The translations under genes and the position numbers were made by a program. DNA of 60,929 bases from Thermoanaerobaculia bacterium. Lineage in GTDB: Bacteria; Acidobacteriota; Thermoanaerobaculia; UBA5066; Gp7-AA6. The first letter of the stretch is position 1, and each line of letters opens with the position of its first letter. The notes beneath the pieces were generated by a model, which did not search any database, had not been told where the DNA came from, and saw only the letters and a list, made by a program, of their open reading frames with translations. The stretch lies in contig JBBSGZ010000005.1 of NCBI GenBank assembly GCA_038253555.1, forward strand, positions 1-60,929, read 5' to 3'. Of this stretch, positions 38,835 to 47,118 are shown one piece after another.

Positions 38835-40112
38835 ATGGTCCAGAAATTCACGCTCGACAACGGTGCGACGGTCCTCGTCGACGAGATGCAGGACGTGCGC
38901 TCCCTCGCCCTCGGGATCTTTGTCGGAGCCGGCTCCGGCCAGGAGACCCCGGCCCGCCAGGGCGTCTCGCATTTCTTAGAACACGTCCTCTTCAAGCGGA
39001 CGGACCGCAGGTCGAGCGTACAGATCGCCCGGGCGATCGATCGCCTGGGCGGGGACGTCGACGCCTTCACGACCAAGGAGTACACGGGCTTCTACGCGCA
39101 CACCCTGGACTCCCGGTTCGGAGAGGCGCTCGACCTGCTCGGGGACATCGTTCTTTCCCCCGCGTTCGAGGCGATCGACATCGAGATGGAGAGGGGTGTG
39201 ATTCTGGAGGAGATCGGCGAAGCGAACGACGATCCGGACGACCTCGTCCACGAGATGTTCGTTCGCTCCTTCTGGCGGACCCACCCGCTCGGCGCTCCGA
39301 TCCTCGGCACGGCCGAGACCGTCAGGAACATCGGCCTCGCGGACCTCTACCGCTACTACCGGTCTCACTACACCCCGGACAACATGATCCTCTCGGTGGC
39401 CGGGCACGTGCGAGCGTCGGAGTGCGTCGAAGCGATCGAGAAGCTGTTCCGCCGCCGGCCGACGCGCGCCTCGTCTCCGCGCCGGTCCCGGGTGGCCGGG
39501 CGGCCGCGGGGGCATCAACACCTGGAATTGAAATCGCGTCGCGGGCTCGAGCAGGCCCACGTGTGCCTCGGCGTCGAGGGCCCCGGCCAGGCCTCGGACC
39601 GCCGGTTCGCCGCCAACCTTCTCGACATCGTGCTCGGCGGCGGTATGTCGTCGCGCCTCTTCCAGGAGGTGCGGGAAAAGCGCGGGCTCGCGTATTCCGT
39701 CGCGTCCTCCCTCAATTCTTACCGCCTCGGAGGCTACGAAACGATCTACTCGGCCTGCGCCCCCAAGAACCTCGCGCGGGTGCTCGAGGTCACCCTGAGG
39801 GAGCTGAAGAAGTTGAAGCGCGACGGCGTTCGCCCGCGCGAGCTCGCCTGGGCGAAGGAAAACCTCAAGGGCAACATGATCGTCGCCCTGGAATCGACGG
39901 TTTCCCGGATGTCGTCCCAGGCACGCGAGCAGTTCTACTTTGACCGCATCATGCCGACGGAGGAGTGGATCTCGCGCGTCGAGTGCGTCTCCGCCGACGA
40001 TGTGGGCGAGGAGGCCCACCGCCTTTTCGACGGGCGCCTTCTCTCTCTCGCGGTGGTGGGCAATGTCGGGAAGCTCCCGGTTTCTGTGCCGGACCTGGCG
40101 GGAGCGCTTTAG
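38835..40112 (+). CDS. M16 family zinc peptidase
   Basis: Inverted zincin HFLEH; AFTTKEYT; LGGGMSSRLFQEVREKRGLAY. Confidence 0.93.
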   Translation: MVQKFTLDNGATVLVDEMQDVRSLALGIFVGAGSGQETPARQGVSHFLEHVLFKRTDRRSSVQIARAIDRLGGDVDAFTTKEYTGFYAHTLDSRFGEALDLLGDIVLSPAFEAIDIEMERGVILEEIGEANDDPDDLVHEMFVRSFWRTHPLGAPILGTAETVRNIGLADLYRYYRSHYTPDNMILSVAGHVRASECVEAIEKLFRRRPTRASSPRRSRVAGRPRGHQHLELKSRRGLEQAHVCLGVEGPGQASDRRFAANLLDIVLGGGMSSRLFQEVREKRGLAYSVASSLNSYRLGGYETIYSACAPKNLARVLEVTLRELKKLKRDGVRPRELAWAKENLKGNMIVALESTVSRMSSQAREQFYFDRIMPTEEWISRVECVSADDVGEEAHRLFDGRLLSLAVVGNVGKLPVSVPDLAGAL

Positions 40113-40186
40113 CGGCGAGAGCCCGGGAGCCTGCGTTCAATACCCGATACCCGATAACCCGTTCTTGCATTACCCTCGTCGCTTCC

Positions 40187-40636
40187 ATGTCCTCCCTCCT
40201 GGTTCCGATTTCCGTCTTCCCTCACGGGGAGGGCCTCGCGCTGCCCGCCTACGCGACGCCGGGTTCCGCCGGCTGTGACCTGCGCGCCGCGATCACCTCG
40301 CCGCGCACGCTCGCGCCGGGCGAGCGTTCGGCCGTAGAAACGGGGATCGCGGTGGCGATCCCGGAGGGCTTCGAAGGGCAGGTCCGGATGCGGAGCGGCC
40401 TGGCGCTGAGGCACGGCCTGGCCGCGCTGAACGCCCCGGGGACGATCGACAGCGACTACCGGGGGGAGATCAAGGTCATCCTCGCCAACCTGGGCTCGGA
40501 TCCCGTGACGATCGAACGGGGGGACAGGATCGCGCAACTGGTGTTTTCTCCCGTCGCGCAGGCGCGCTTCGAGCGGGCCGGAGAGCTGCCGGCGACCGTC
40601 CGCGCCGCGGGCGGGTTCGGGTCGACCGGCTCGTAG
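40187..40636 (+). CDS. dut: dUTP diphosphatase
   Basis: AGCDL, RSGLA, GTIDSDYRGE, DRIAQ, GGFGSTG. Confidence 0.95.
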   Translation: MSSLLVPISVFPHGEGLALPAYATPGSAGCDLRAAITSPRTLAPGERSAVETGIAVAIPEGFEGQVRMRSGLALRHGLAALNAPGTIDSDYRGEIKVILANLGSDPVTIERGDRIAQLVFSPVAQARFERAGELPATVRAAGGFGSTGS

Positions 40637-40643
40637 CGCGCGG

Positions 40644-41708
40644 ATGGGATTTGCCCCGTTCGTCGAGGAGTTCGTCTCGGCGCTGACGGAGGGCGACCCC
40701 CGTTTCGTGTCGGAGATCGACCCGGCCGACGAGATGTACTCCTTCGGCCTGGGGTCCTTGCGCGGCAATCGAGACGCCGCCGCCATCCTGTATTTCATGA
40801 CAGGCCGCCAGATCGCCGACACGGTTCTCGCGGCCCGGCGGTGGCGCTTTGAAAACCGGGAGCCGGGGACCCTGCTCGACTTCGCGAGCGGGTTCGGCCG
40901 CTCCACCCGCTTTCTGGCGCGTGCCGCGGCCGCCGGATCGCTCTTCATTTCGGAGATAGATCCCGCCGCGGTCGCCTTTCAGGAATCGCGGTTCGGGGTC
41001 GCCGGCTTTGCGTCGGGCCGCGACGCCGAGGATTTCGACCCCGGCCGGCGTTTCGACGCGATCTCCGCATCCTCCTTCTTCAGTCACCTTCCGGCGGGCC
41101 CGTTCGAAAAATGGCTTCACCGCCTCTACGAGCTCGTAAATCCCGGTGGCCTCCTCATTTTCAGCACCCACGGCGCCGCGCTCCTTCCCGAACACGCCGA
41201 CTGGTCATCCGGGATGGTTTACCTCGGTCGGAGCGAAACCGACAGGCTCGATCCTTCCGATTACGGCACCTCGTACGTGCTGCCGGAGTTCGTCGAAGCG
41301 GTCGCGGCCCGGGTTTCGGAGGGGAAGGCCGCGCTCCATTTCATCCCTTCCGGCCTCTGCGGGCATCAGGATGTCTTTCTGCTCGCCAGGCCGCCTCATC
41401 TTCCGGCGCGGCCGCCCTCGCTGCCGCCTTTCCCCCGCGGCGAGGTGCAAGGCTCTCAGATCCGGGACGGCGAACGGCTGACGATCGACGGGTGGGTCGA
41501 AGCAGAGCGGGAATCGCTCGTGACGTTTTTAAACGAGAACCGCGCGCTGGCGGTCTCCCGGCCGCAGAATGGCGAGACGCGGCGCGCATGGAGCTTCGAT
41601 CTGCCGATCCGGCAGATTTCTCCCGATGCGGTGCTGAGGATCGAGGCGAGCACCCGCGGGGGAACCGTCAGGATTCTCGCGATGGGAACCCTCCGTCCGT
41701 ATCTCTGA
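40644..41708 (+). CDS. class I SAM-dependent methyltransferase
   Basis: LLDFASGFGR, FDAISASSFFSHL, NPGGLLIFSTHG. Confidence 0.8.
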   Translation: MGFAPFVEEFVSALTEGDPRFVSEIDPADEMYSFGLGSLRGNRDAAAILYFMTGRQIADTVLAARRWRFENREPGTLLDFASGFGRSTRFLARAAAAGSLFISEIDPAAVAFQESRFGVAGFASGRDAEDFDPGRRFDAISASSFFSHLPAGPFEKWLHRLYELVNPGGLLIFSTHGAALLPEHADWSSGMVYLGRSETDRLDPSDYGTSYVLPEFVEAVAARVSEGKAALHFIPSGLCGHQDVFLLARPPHLPARPPSLPPFPRGEVQGSQIRDGERLTIDGWVEAERESLVTFLNENRALAVSRPQNGETRRAWSFDLPIRQISPDAVLRIEASTRGGTVRILAMGTLRPYL

Positions 41709-41747
41709 ATCCAATTCTCGATCGCCTCTGCTACTCTGGCCGCAGAC

Positions 41748-42518
41748 ATGCGCGTCAGCGTCCTCGCATCGGGGTCGGGCGGCAATTCCTGCGTCGTCGA
41801 GAGCGGTACCACGCGGGTGCTCGTGGACGCGGGTCTTTCGGGCCGGGAGATCGAGCGCCGCCTGCGGGCGCGCGCGATCGAGCCCGAGACGATCGCCGGG
41901 ATCTTCGTGACGCACGAGCACAGCGACCATTCTTCCGGTGCGCTCTCGTTTTCGACGCGATGGGGCTGCCCCGTTTTCACCAGCGCGGGCACCGCGCTCG
42001 CCATGGGCCTGGAGGGCGACCTCTTCTCGCCATTCGTGCGGGTGGACGCGGGACGCGACGGACGCATCGGCGCCCTCGGCTTTCGCGCGTTCGCGACGCC
42101 GCACGACGCCAAAGACTCCGTGGTCTATGCGTTCGAGGCGGACGACGCGCGGCTGGTCGTCGCGTCAGACCTCGGCCGCGCCGAGCCCGAGTTCGTGGAT
42201 TTTCTCCGCGGCTCCACCACTCTTCTGCTCGAGTTCAATCACGACGAGGACATGCTCCGCGACGGCCCGTACACCTGGTTCCTGAAGAAACGCATCTCCG
42301 GGGGCTGGGGGCACCTCTCCAACCGGCAGTCCGCCGACGCGGTCCGCGCCTCCGCCGGCCCCCGTCTCCGGCGTGTCGTCGCGACGCATCTCTCCCGCAC
42401 GAACAACGCTCCGGGAGTCGTCCTGGCGGTGCTGGCTCAGGCGCTCGACCGGGCGGAATGCTCCGCCGCGTTCGACGTCGCCGACCAGATTCGCGGGTAC
42501 GATCCGTTCGACGCGTGA
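41748..42518 (+). CDS. MBL-fold metallo-hydrolase (YycJ/WalJ-like)
   Basis: LASGSGGN, THEHSDH, PHDA, GHLSN, HLS. Confidence 0.88.
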   Translation: MRVSVLASGSGGNSCVVESGTTRVLVDAGLSGREIERRLRARAIEPETIAGIFVTHEHSDHSSGALSFSTRWGCPVFTSAGTALAMGLEGDLFSPFVRVDAGRDGRIGALGFRAFATPHDAKDSVVYAFEADDARLVVASDLGRAEPEFVDFLRGSTTLLLEFNHDEDMLRDGPYTWFLKKRISGGWGHLSNRQSADAVRASAGPRLRRVVATHLSRTNNAPGVVLAVLAQALDRAECSAAFDVADQIRGYDPFDA

Positions 42519-42754
42519 AGGTCGAAGTCCGGGTCTATCCGCGCGAGGGCATCCTCGACCCTCAGGGCAAGGCGATCGCAGCGGCCCTCGTGAGGCTGGG
42601 GCACGTTTCCGTTGAAGGCGTGCGGGCCGGGAAGGTGTTTTTCCTGGATGTGGCCGGGGAGGACCGGTCGAAGGTGGAAGCGGAGGCGCGCCGCATGGCG
42701 GAAGAGCTCCTCGCGAATACCGTGATTGAAGGCTACGACGTGAGGGTCCTGTGA
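42515..42754 (+). CDS. purS: FGAM synthase subunit PurS
   Basis: ILDPQGKAI, VRAGK, LLANTVIEGY. Confidence 0.93.
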   Translation: MKVEVRVYPREGILDPQGKAIAAALVRLGHVSVEGVRAGKVFFLDVAGEDRSKVEAEARRMAEELLANTVIEGYDVRVL

Positions 42755-42806
42755 CCCGGCGCGTCTTCCGCCCTTCGCCTTTCGCCTTTCGCCCTGAATC
42801 GCCGAA

Positions 42807-43502
42807 ATGAGGTTCTCGATCGTGGTCTTCCCCGGGTCCAACTGCGAGCGGGACTGCGAGCACGTCGCCCGCGAGCTCCTCGGTTGCGAGACCGAGTACG
42901 TCTGGCATGCCGAGACGGACTTAAAGAGCGCGGACGTGGTGATCATCCCGGGCGGGTTCGCCTACGGCGACTATCTGCGGGCGGGTGCGCTCGCTCGTTT
43001 CTCTCCCGTCATGGAGAGCGTCGGGCGCTTCGCGAAGGCGGGCGGGCCGGTGCTCGGGATCTGCAACGGATTCCAGGTGCTTCTCGAAGCCGGGCTTCTT
43101 CCCGGCGCGATGAGGGTGAACCGCGGGCTGCGATATGTCTGCCGCGACGTGCACATGCGCGTCGAGAGCCGCGACACGCCCTTCACGCGCCTTTTCGACG
43201 AGGGGTCGGTCGTGCGGATGCCGATCGGACACATGGAAGGCAACTACACCGCCCCGCAGTCGACCCTGGACGAGCTCGAGCGGGAGGGACGAGTCATCTT
43301 CCGGTACAGCGACGAGAGCGGCGCGATCACGGACTCGGGCAACCCGAATGGCGCGGACCGGGGAATCGCCGGAATCTGCAACCGGGAGCGCAACGTCCTC
43401 GGGCTGATGCCGCACCCCGACCGCTGCGCCGAAGGCCTCCTCGGCAACGGTGCCGGCCTGAAAGTGTTCCAGTCCGCCGTCGAGGCGCTCGCCACGCGAT
43501 AA
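42807..43502 (+). CDS. purQ: FGAM synthase glutaminase subunit PurQ
   Basis: [32 protein letters not shown]. Confidence 0.96.
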   Translation: MRFSIVVFPGSNCERDCEHVARELLGCETEYVWHAETDLKSADVVIIPGGFAYGDYLRAGALARFSPVMESVGRFAKAGGPVLGICNGFQVLLEAGLLPGAMRVNRGLRYVCRDVHMRVESRDTPFTRLFDEGSVVRMPIGHMEGNYTAPQSTLDELEREGRVIFRYSDESGAITDSGNPNGADRGIAGICNRERNVLGLMPHPDRCAEGLLGNGAGLKVFQSAVEALATR

Positions 43503-43588
43503 GCAGTGGCGGGGCGGGGCCCCCGCGGACCCGGTGCTTCGCGAGGGCTCCGGCAGCAGGTGCGATAGCATCCCGACCACCGGCTTTG

Positions 43589-44347
43589 ATGATCCCAGCT
43601 TTTTTCACGCTCGCCCTCCTTGCGGCCGCTTCCGCACCGGGTTCCGCTCCCGGCTCACCGGGTGCCGCCGTCTACTCGTCTCACCTCATGGTCGACCAGG
43701 AGGTGCTGGTGTCCTCCCGCATCACCGGAATCATCGAGAGGATCTCGGTCGATCGGGGCACACCCGTCGTCAAAGGCCAGCCGCTCGCGACTCTCGATCA
43801 GCGGGAGGCGGAGAGCGAGGTCCGGCAGGCGAAGGAGGACATGGAGCTCCGGCGCGCCGAGTTCGAGCGTGCCCGGGCCCTTTCGGGGATGAACCTCGCC
43901 TCCGTGGCCGATCTCGATACCGCGCGGGCGCGGTTCGCCGTCGCCTCGGCCGCCTGGGACAAGGCGAAGACTCTTCGCGATTACACCGTGATCCGCGCTC
44001 CATTTGCCGGGGTCGTCACGGACAAGCTCGCCCGGGTCGGCCAGAAGGTCGTCGACATTCAGAACCAGCCCCTTTTCAAGGTGACGGCGCTCGAACCGCT
44101 GCTCGCCCGGATCTACGTCTCCGACCGCGATCTCGCGGGGTTGAAGCGCGGTGATCCCGCCGAAGTCGTGGCGGAGAACGCGCCGAAAGTGCGCGCGTCC
44201 GCGCGGGTTGAATACATCAGCCCGACGGTGGACGTCGGGAGCGGCACAGTCGAGGTCATCGTGCGGGTCGGGCACAACCCCGCGCCGGCCACGCTGCGAC
44301 CGGGCGTGGCCGTCCAGGTTCGCTTTCCCGGCTCACGCCGCCCGTGA
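43589..44347 (+). CDS. periplasmic adaptor (membrane fusion, HlyD/RND-MFP family) protein
   Basis: Signal peptide; [13 protein letters not shown], helical hairpin, [20 protein letters not shown]. Confidence 0.85.
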   Translation: MIPAFFTLALLAAASAPGSAPGSPGAAVYSSHLMVDQEVLVSSRITGIIERISVDRGTPVVKGQPLATLDQREAESEVRQAKEDMELRRAEFERARALSGMNLASVADLDTARARFAVASAAWDKAKTLRDYTVIRAPFAGVVTDKLARVGQKVVDIQNQPLFKVTALEPLLARIYVSDRDLAGLKRGDPAEVVAENAPKVRASARVEYISPTVDVGSGTVEVIVRVGHNPAPATLRPGVAVQVRFPGSRRP

Positions 44348-45063
44348 CCTCGGGCTCGCGCCGCTCTCAGACGCGATTACGCTCGGCGCTCGACGGCGTC
44401 CTCATTCACGACATCCGGAACGTCGGTTTTCGGCTGCAGATGCTGAGGTCCAACCTGGACGAGCATTACGGCAACCCGGACTTCAGGCAGTCGATCGAGG
44501 AGCTGCTGGACTCGACGATCGGCCGCCTTGACGGAATCGTGCGGCGCTGGTCGGGGCAGGACACCGAGGTTCTGATCAAGGTGGAGCTCGACTTGAACGG
44601 CATCCTGCGCGAGATCGCGGGAGGAGCCACACGCCGAGGCGCGCGCCTCTCTCCGGGGCAAACGTCGCGCCTTCCCGTGCTCTCTCTCGCGCTCGGTGCG
44701 ATTCCTCCCGTCTGGGGGGACCTGTATTTTCTCCGGGACGCTCTGGCGAGCCTCGTCGAGAACGCCATCGAGGCCGCCGCGCCCGCCGGCCGGGTGCTCA
44801 TCCGCAGCTTCCCGCGCGGCACCGGAGACCGGCAGCGGGCGATACTCGAGATCATCGACAACGGCGAGGGGATGTCGCCGCAGTTCGTCTCCGACCGACT
44901 CTTCCGCCCGTTTCAGACGACGAAGCCGGACGGCGTGGGTCTCGGGGTGTTCACGGCGGCGCAGATCGTCCGGCACCACGGCGGAGCGATCCGGGTGCGC
45001 AGCCGGGCCGGAGAGGGCACAGTCGTGCGTCTCTCCTTTTCCGCGGCCCGGCCGGAACCGTGA
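44344..45063 (+). CDS. cytoplasmic histidine kinase without sensor domain (PrsK-like core)
   Basis: H-box LIHDIRN near the N-terminus; ENAIEA, DNGEGM, LFRPFQTTK, GVGLG. Confidence 0.85.
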   Translation: MTSGSRRSQTRLRSALDGVLIHDIRNVGFRLQMLRSNLDEHYGNPDFRQSIEELLDSTIGRLDGIVRRWSGQDTEVLIKVELDLNGILREIAGGATRRGARLSPGQTSRLPVLSLALGAIPPVWGDLYFLRDALASLVENAIEAAAPAGRVLIRSFPRGTGDRQRAILEIIDNGEGMSPQFVSDRLFRPFQTTKPDGVGLGVFTAAQIVRHHGGAIRVRSRAGEGTVVRLSFSAARPEP

Positions 45064-46436
45064 GCTCGGTGAGCGGCCCGCTCGGGCGCGTCCTCGTGGT
45101 CGAAGATGACCCGATTCTGCTCGATCAGCTCACCTGGGCTCTCAAGGGATCGTTCGAAGTGACCGCGGCTAAGGACGCGGACGCCGGCCGCGCGCTGCTC
45201 GAGTCGGACCCGGACCTCTTCCTGTTCGACCTGCGGCTTCCCCCGACCGGGCGCGTGGAGGAGGGCTTCGGGCTGCTGAAGGAGGCGCGCCGCCGTCATC
45301 CGGACGCGACCGTGGTCGTCATGTCCGGGGAAGCGGACCGCGCAGCGGCCCTGCACGCCATCGAGCTCGGAGCGTTCGACTTTTTCCGAAAACCGCTCGA
45401 TCCGTCGGAAGTGAAGGTCATCCTGAAGCGGGCGCTCGAGCGACGCCGTCTCGTGGCCGAGAACCGAGAGCTGCGCGAGCAGGCCCGCGAGAAGAAGTCT
45501 TTCGATCGCCTGATCGGGGAGAGCCCCGAAATGCGGCGTCTCTTCCGGGAGATCGAGCAGGTGGCGCCCTCGGATGCCGCCGTGCTGATCCAGGGTGAGA
45601 GCGGCACCGGAAAAGAGCTCGTCGCGCACTCGATCCACGAGCGAAGCGCGCGGGCGGGCGGGCCGTTCATCGCGATCAATGCGTCCGGGTTCCCCGACAC
45701 ACTGGCTGAGTCCGAGCTCTTTGGACACGAACGGGGCGCTTTTACGGGAGCCGTCACCTCGCGCCCGGGCCGCTTCGAGCTGGCGCACGGAGGGACGCTC
45801 TTCTTAGACGAGATCGGAACGTTGTCTCCTTCGGTGCAGGCGAAACTGCTCCGGGTCCTCGAATCGCACGAGCTCGAGCGCGTCGGCGGCCGCCGGACCC
45901 TGCCCGTGGATTTCCGGCTGGTCACCGCGACCAACGAGGACCTCGAGGCGCGGGTCGGATCCGGCGCGTTTCGCGAGGACCTGTTCTACAGAATCAACAC
46001 GGTGCCCATCCGGATTCCGCCGCTGCGCGACCGGGGGGAGGACCTGAGACTCCTTGCGGAGCACTTTCTCGCGCGCTTTTCCGCGAAGCACCGGCGCTCC
46101 GGAAAGACGCTCTCGCCGCCCGCCCTCGAGAAGCTCCGGCGGCACGGCTGGAAGGGAAATGTGCGGGAGCTCGAACACATGATCGAGATGCTCGTCCTCT
46201 TCTCGGAGACGGACTCGATTTCCGAGGAAGACCTGCCTCGCATGTTTCGCGCGCAGGAAAGCGTACCGCCCGGGAGCGGGAGCGCCCCCCATTTTGCCGA
46301 CGCGGTCCGCAGCTTTGAGCGCCGGCTCCTGGCGGACGCCATCGAAGGCGCGGGAGGGGTCAAGGCCGAGGCCGCCCGCCGCCTGGGGCTCGACGCGAAC
46401 CAGATCAAGTATCTCTGCCGCAAGCACGGGCTTTGA
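45060..46436 (+). CDS. sigma54-dependent response regulator (NtrC/PrsR-like)
   Basis: Receiver (VVEDD, FDL, KP), GESGTGKE, GAFTGA, FLDEI, GNVREL, Fis-type HTH. Confidence 0.94.
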   Translation: MSSVSGPLGRVLVVEDDPILLDQLTWALKGSFEVTAAKDADAGRALLESDPDLFLFDLRLPPTGRVEEGFGLLKEARRRHPDATVVVMSGEADRAAALHAIELGAFDFFRKPLDPSEVKVILKRALERRRLVAENRELREQAREKKSFDRLIGESPEMRRLFREIEQVAPSDAAVLIQGESGTGKELVAHSIHERSARAGGPFIAINASGFPDTLAESELFGHERGAFTGAVTSRPGRFELAHGGTLFLDEIGTLSPSVQAKLLRVLESHELERVGGRRTLPVDFRLVTATNEDLEARVGSGAFREDLFYRINTVPIRIPPLRDRGEDLRLLAEHFLARFSAKHRRSGKTLSPPALEKLRRHGWKGNVRELEHMIEMLVLFSETDSISEEDLPRMFRAQESVPPGSGSAPHFADAVRSFERRLLADAIEGAGGVKAEAARRLGLDANQIKYLCRKHGL

Positions 46437-46439
46437 GAG

Positions 46440-46473
46440 GGTTAAAAATTCATCTCCAGTTGAAACTTCCACC
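46440..46473. promoter_or_regulatory. candidate activator (UAS) sites
   Basis: GGTTAA-AAA-TTCATC (46440-46454) and GTTGAA-ACT-TCCACC (46459-46473); each is 2 mismatches from the palindrome GGTGAA-N3-TTCACC. Confidence 0.45.
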
Positions 46474-46536
46474 CGCTCAGCTCCCGGGCTTAAACCTTCG
46501 GGTCTTTGTTTCGAGAGAGTTAGCCGGATCCTTTCC

Positions 46537-46552
46537 TGGCCCCTCGTTTGCG
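46537..46552 (+). promoter_or_regulatory. sigma54 -24/-12 promoter
   Basis: TGGCCCCTCGTTTGCG has exact GG-N10-GC spacing, with TGGC and TTGC; 28 nt before the ATG and followed by a GAGGAGG RBS. Confidence 0.75.
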
Positions 46553-46579
46553 ATGGTGAGAACCAAAGAGGAGGCGACA

Positions 46580-47065
46580 ATGCCAAATGAAGTCAGGATC
46601 AAGCTCACGGATGCCCAGAGGGCCAAGATCAAGTCGGCGACGGGCAAGGACATGTCGGAGATCCGAGTCGGCAGCGTCGGGAACAACCCGGCCGTCTCGA
46701 ATTCCAAGAAGACCATCTCGGCTCGCGCGGCCCGCGCCGACGTCTCGGCACGGTCGGCTCGGGCCGACATCTCGGCGCGCTCGGCTCGCGCCGACGTTTC
46801 CGCCCGGTCGGCGAGGCAGGATGTTTCCGCGCGCGCGGCGCGTGCGGGAAGCGAGGACATCTCCGCGCGCTCGGCGCGACAGGACGTCTCGGCGCGTTCC
46901 GCCCGGCAGGACGTCTCGGCGCGCTCTGCCCGGCAGGATGTCTCGGCCCGGTCTGCCCGGCAGGACGTGTCGGCGCGTTCCGCCCGGCAGGACGTGTCCG
47001 CGCGTTCGGCGCGGCAGGAGGTTTCCGCCCGCTCCACGCGGGACAGCGGCGGAGACGGCAACTAG
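46580..47065 (+). CDS. 161-aa leader + 12x nonapeptide repeat protein (putative exported precursor)
   Basis: AAAGAGGAGG RBS; 44-aa leader; 12 copies of (D/E/T)(V/I)SAR(S/A)(A/T)R(Q/A/D); tail SGGDGN. Confidence 0.85.
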   Translation: MPNEVRIKLTDAQRAKIKSATGKDMSEIRVGSVGNNPAVSNSKKTISARAARADVSARSARADISARSARADVSARSARQDVSARAARAGSEDISARSARQDVSARSARQDVSARSARQDVSARSARQDVSARSARQDVSARSARQEVSARSTRDSGGDGN

Positions 47066-47086
47066 CTCTTTCGCCGCGCTCGCTTC

Positions 47087-47117
47087 AAAAGGGCGCCCTG
47101 CGAGGGGCGCCCTTTTT
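47087..47117. terminator. bidirectional intrinsic terminator
   Basis: AAAA-GGGCGCCC-TGCGAG-GGGCGCCC-TTTTT between convergent genes. Confidence 0.85.
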
Positions 47118-47118
47118 C

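Noticed and set aside
46712-47044. 27-bp tandem repeat as a CRISPR array or non-coding VNTR
   Set aside because: There are no spacers or cas genes, and the variation is mostly synonymous in the + frame, so it is a coding repeat.
46477-47061. Antisense ORF with Cys-containing repeats (ETSCRAERA) as a lanthipeptide-like precursor
   Set aside because: It is the mirror of the + strand gene. Promoter, RBS and codon variation favour the + strand, and no LanB/C/M or radical SAM gene is nearby.
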